From the NCBI GenBank assembly GCA_030638685.1, contig DAOWED010000063.1, positions 1 through 20,000 on the forward strand: a stretch of DNA of 20,000 nucleotides, written 5' to 3'. Of the stretch, positions 16,553 through 20,000 are shown one piece after another (the stretch's first letter is position 1; the number at the start of each line of letters is the position of its first letter). The DNA comes from Candidatus Heimdallarchaeota archaeon. GTDB lineage: Archaea > Asgardarchaeota > Heimdallarchaeia > Heimdallarchaeales > DAOWED01. The position numbers and the translations under genes were made by a program. Below the pieces are notes generated by a model. The model ran no database searches. It was not told the DNA's origin and saw only the letters and a list, made by a program, of their open reading frames with translations.

Positions 16553-16855
16553 CTATCCTCCTCCAACCATAGGAATAATTAATAGAGTATCTCCATCTTT
16601 CAATTTAACCTCTGACAGTTGCTCAACTGTTGGTTTTATAGGTTTTTGATTCACCAGAAAATTAAATGAATTATCCAATTTTCCATTTGGAAATAGTAAG
16701 CTTTGAGCGTTAGAACCAAATTTCTTGCTTATTTCGTTCAATGCATCATATATGGTTGAAGAAGTTGGCAGTTGTATTTGAACACTTGATGAGTTTAGTG
16801 TTTGCCTTAAAGTTGCAAAGGTTTTTACAGTAATGGAGATGGTTTCTTCTTCCAT
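16553..16855 (-). CDS. MoaD/ThiS-family ubiquitin-like protein
   Basis: 100 aa beta-grasp pattern with VKLKDGDTLLIIPMVGGG at the C-terminus. Confidence 0.75.
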   Translation of the reverse strand: MEEETISITVKTFATLRQTLNSSSVQIQLPTSSTIYDALNEISKKFGSNAQSLLFPNGKLDNSFNFLVNQKPIKPTVEQLSEVKLKDGDTLLIIPMVGGG

Positions 16856-16959
16856 AGTTTTTTATTTGAGCCGTTCCATATAACTTTCTTGATTGAAACG
16901 ATTTTTTTCACTATGCTTTACCTTAATCTTTATTTTAAAGTTGCTTCCAACAAATTATA

Positions 16960-17211
16960 ATGTCTGAAAGAAGGACAAAGCTGATGATTCAGATCAGTTA
17001 TCTTGTGCTAGCTTATTTTGCTCTAATTATGTTTATTCAAGCTCAGTGGATGCTGAGAAACACTTATTCATCGTTAAAAACCACCTTCATAATTGTTGAT
17101 TCTATACTTTTTGCTTTTTTAGTATTCGATACTTTGTATTTCATTAATAGGGAGAGAAAAATATCTCAATCCTTGAAAAATAAAACGTATTTATCGAGTG
17201 AAGAAGAGTAG
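16960..17211 (+). CDS. Hypothetical small membrane protein (2 TM)
   Basis: 83-aa ORF with two hydrophobic segments. Confidence 0.6.
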   Translation: MSERRTKLMIQISYLVLAYFALIMFIQAQWMLRNTYSSLKTTFIIVDSILFAFLVFDTLYFINRERKISQSLKNKTYLSSEEE

Positions 17212-17226
17212 ATAGTTTTGCTCATT

Positions 17227-20000
17227 TTACTCTTTGCTTATTTCTTCTGCGCCTATATGGTTTACAGTTGAACCGGTTCTGTTAGGAGTTACTTCTATTA
17301 CCTGATCTGCCACTCTGTCGAACTCTCGATTATGAGTTACCATAATAAGCTGAGAAATGGGTCTATTGTATTGCAATACATCTAAAAGCTCCACAACCCT
17401 ATCTTGATCCAGATTAGCTGTTGGTTCATCTAATAGCATTAGATCCAAATTACCTATCACTTCAGCTATTGCCATCCTTAAGCAGAGAGCTGATATAGTG
17501 CTTTCTCCTCCACTTAATTTGTGAAGTGGATCTTCCATTCCTCTTCTAATCACTTTGATGCTATAATCTGATGATAATATTATCTGGTTAATCTCCGATG
17601 AAGGCATCAACCGCTCAAACATATTTGTGGCAAGGTAAGAGATTCTACTGGCATTAGCTGCAAGTAATGAAGTTGGAACTCTATCTAATACATTTTTAAC
17701 ATTTTCTGCAATGATAATACTGTCTTTGTAGTTTTTGATCTTTTGTTCATTCTCAATAATTCGTTTTACCACAACTTCTGCTCTTTTCAAATACCCTATC
17801 AGTTCATTGAGCTCGCTTTTTTCTTCATTTTTCTTAGATCTTTCATCTTCTGAATAGTCTTTACTAAGAATTTCAAGACCCTCATTCTTTTGTTTTAGTA
17901 ATGCATTATTACTTTCTTGTTTTTCATAAACTGATGAGAGAGAGTTTAAAGATGTTTCACACTCTCTTAGAGCTTCTTTTAGTTGTCTACTATTACGTAG
18001 CGTTTGATCGATCTCAGCTTTTTCAGACTGAGAATACTGCTTGTTTATATCGTCAAGCTTTATCAAAACGGAGTTTAGTTCTTCTGATAGTCGTTTTACT
18101 TCTTTTTCAGCTTTTTGAATTTTAGGCACTTCATCATTTATTGCCTTCTCAAGACTTTCTTGTTCCCTTTTTGTTACGGAAAGAAGTTCTTCCTTTTCTT
18201 CAATTATTTGTTTAGTTTCGTCCTCTGAAAGGCTTTCAAGTTCTTTAGAGAGGTTTTCAAGTTCTTCATTATTTACTTTTCTCTCTTCTTTTACCTTCCT
18301 AAGTTCTATTAGATGGATCATTGCTTTCTCAAGATTTCTGATTGATTCTTGGAGTTTCGTTTCACTTTCTTGAAGTTGTTTTTGTTTTTCACTTAGTGTT
18401 TCTACTTCGTTTTTCGCCTTTTGCAGATCTTCTTTGAAGGATTTAATTTGTTCTTCAGTTTCAAGTATGATTTCATCAGCCTGTTCTTTTGGTAAGTCCC
18501 GTCTACATGTTGGACATTCAGAACTTGATTCTTCTACTCCCATCTGGAGCTTATCAACGCTTTCCCTTAAACGTTCAATATCAAGTTCAATTTTTCCCTC
18601 ATTGGCCTTCTTCTTAATAATTTGATTTTGAGTTTCTTCTTTTTCAGCCTTATATTTTTCAGATTTTTCTTTCAATGATAAAATATTTTCTTCTGTTAAC
18701 TCATCCTCGTAGTTTGGTCCTACTAAATTAACTAGTACTTCTTCTTTTTGCTGGATTTCTTGATTGTTATCTGTAATAGTCTTTTCTTTTGCTCGAACTA
18801 GAGTTTTGTTTTCATTTACCTTCTTTTGTTTTTCTTCTAATAGAGACAAGGACTCCTCTGTGTTCTTAATTCGAGATTTGACAGTATCTTGATGTATATT
18901 TAGTACTCTTAAGATTTCTTCATTATCAGGTAACTGTTCTTTGAAGGGGTGTACTGTTCTAATAATATTTGATGAAGTGTTAATTTTTTCTTTTTGTTGT
19001 TTTATTGATAAATCATTAGTAGCTATTTTTGTTTCTAATTTGTTCTTTTCATTCACCAATACATCGATCTTCGCTCTCCTTTCCTCAAGATCCCCAATTC
19101 TCTTTTCTGTTTCGATATATCTTAATCTGGTTTGCTCATCTATCTCCCGTATCAAATCGAGTGAAGGCTCATTTAGCGCAGCTATCACTTTTTCATCATG
19201 CTTCACTTTTTTGAGGAGTGATATAGCTGATGAATGATGAAGATTGTTTTCTTTTTCAAGTTCTAATTTTCTCAGTTGAGCTTGTTCAATCTCAGTTTTT
19301 AGCGTAATTATTTCTTCATGTTGCTTATCTAGTTTAAACAGTTCAGTTTTTAGTATTTCATGCAATTTATTGAACTTCACTTTTTCATTGATATAGTCTT
19401 CTAATGTTTCAAGCTTACCTAAACGCTCTTCATGTGGTATCTCTTCGATTCCCAACTTCCAATCATCAATCTGATTTTCTTTTGCTTCAATTCTATTCTT
19501 TAACCTTTTAAGCACTTGATGGATGTGATTAGATGTTTGTTCATATTTTTCTAACCCCATTAACTTATTGATAAGTCCTTCTCGTTTTTTTGGTGTTAGA
19601 TCTGCGAGCTCAGCTATTTGTCCTTGTTCTGAATAAACTACATTTCTAAACACATCGGCATCAATTCCCCCTGTAATATGTTCAAGATCTGCTAAAACAT
19701 CATTCACTTTTTCTACAACATGTCCCGTGTCCAGGTACTTCAATCTTTTAGTGGTTACACCTGATTCCTTTATTATTGTCTCAGTTTCATAGTTTTTTCC
19801 ACCTATTTCAAATGTAACTGTTATTGACCCTTTCTTTTCACCATTTCTTAAAAGATCAGTATTTGTACGGATTGCTTGAGATGGTCTTTTATGAAATAAA
19901 CCAAAAACTAGTGATTCTAGAATAGTTGATTTTCCAGAACCATTTTGTCCAATAATCACATTATTCTTTTTTATGAAGTTAATTGTTTCATCTTGATAGC
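17227..20000 (-). CDS. rad50: DNA double-strand break repair ATPase Rad50 (N-terminus outside window)
   Basis: IIGQNGSGKST P-loop, zinc hook CPTC, LSGGEST signature and LMLLDEPTANLD Walker B. The frame remains open to the window edge (..YQDETINFIKKNNVIIGQNGSGKS), so GTG 19959 is not the true start. Confidence 0.95.
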   Translation of the reverse strand, partial: YQDETINFIKKNNVIIGQNGSGKSTILESLVFGLFHKRPSQAIRTNTDLLRNGEKKGSITVTFEIGGKNYETETIIKESGVTTKRLKYLDTGHVVEKVNDVLADLEHITGGIDADVFRNVVYSEQGQIAELADLTPKKREGLINKLMGLEKYEQTSNHIHQVLKRLKNRIEAKENQIDDWKLGIEEIPHEERLGKLETLEDYINEKVKFNKLHEILKTELFKLDKQHEEIITLKTEIEQAQLRKLELEKENNLHHSSAISLLKKVKHDEKVIAALNEPSLDLIREIDEQTRLRYIETEKRIGDLEERRAKIDVLVNEKNKLETKIATNDLSIKQQKEKINTSSNIIRTVHPFKEQLPDNEEILRVLNIHQDTVKSRIKNTEESLSLLEEKQKKVNENKTLVRAKEKTITDNNQEIQQKEEVLVNLVGPNYEDELTEENILSLKEKSEKYKAEKEETQNQIIKKKANEGKIELDIERLRESVDKLQMGVEESSSECPTCRRDLPKEQADEIILETEEQIKSFKEDLQKAKNEVETLSEKQKQLQESETKLQESIRNLEKAMIHLIELRKVKEERKVNNEELENLSKELESLSEDETKQIIEEKEELLSVTKREQESLEKAINDEVPKIQKAEKEVKRLSEELNSVLIKLDDINKQYSQSEKAEIDQTLRNSRQLKEALRECETSLNSLSSVYEKQESNNALLKQKNEGLEILSKDYSEDERSKKNEEKSELNELIGYLKRAEVVVKRIIENEQKIKNYKDSIIIAENVKNVLDRVPTSLLAANASRISYLATNMFERLMPSSEINQIILSSDYSIKVIRRGMEDPLHKLSGGESTISALCLRMAIAEVIGNLDLMLLDEPTANLDQDRVVELLDVLQYNRPISQLIMVTHNREFDRVADQVIEVTPNRTGSTVNHIGAEEISKE

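Noticed and set aside
17901-19237. Plus-strand ORFs inside rad50 (74, 63, 98, 61 aa)
   Set aside because: Antisense shadows of the rad50 coiled-coil coding region.
1-20000. CRISPR array or defence island
   Set aside because: No regularly spaced direct repeats and no cas or defence genes are visible; gene content is mainly housekeeping.

Overview
The window is an AT-rich archaeal segment with dense housekeeping genes. The intron-bearing tRNAs, aPelota, archaeal-type AdoMet synthetase, Hjc and Rad50 indicate Archaea. The lineage could be Asgard, but this cannot be proven from the window. Recognisable genes: a tnpB 3' remnant, a SPOUT/SpoU-like protein, archaeal CoaD, HisRS, a ThiI-like protein, AMMECR1, a Mut7-C RNase, type 2 IPP isomerase, methanogen-type SerRS, aPelota, CoaBC, RimI-like, Hjc, AdoMet synthetase, a MoaD/ThiS-like protein and partial Rad50. 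The strongest unusual signal is at about 2959-3076 (+). It reads as a circularly permuted 5S rRNA gene: the 3' half comes first, the normal 3' and 5' ends are joined through helix I capped by a TTCG tetraloop, and the new ends fall in loop C. Other notable observations: a tRNA-His(GTG) gene with two 29-nt introns (one in the D arm) that lacks encoded G-1 and C73; an intron-bearing tRNA-Ser(GCT); a Mut7-C gene with an in-frame TAA in place of a conserved Tyr codon; a ThiI-like protein whose PP-loop motif is lost; and a SAM-methyltransferase fragment beside an IS200/IS605-type end. All comparisons with known families are from memory; no database search was run.
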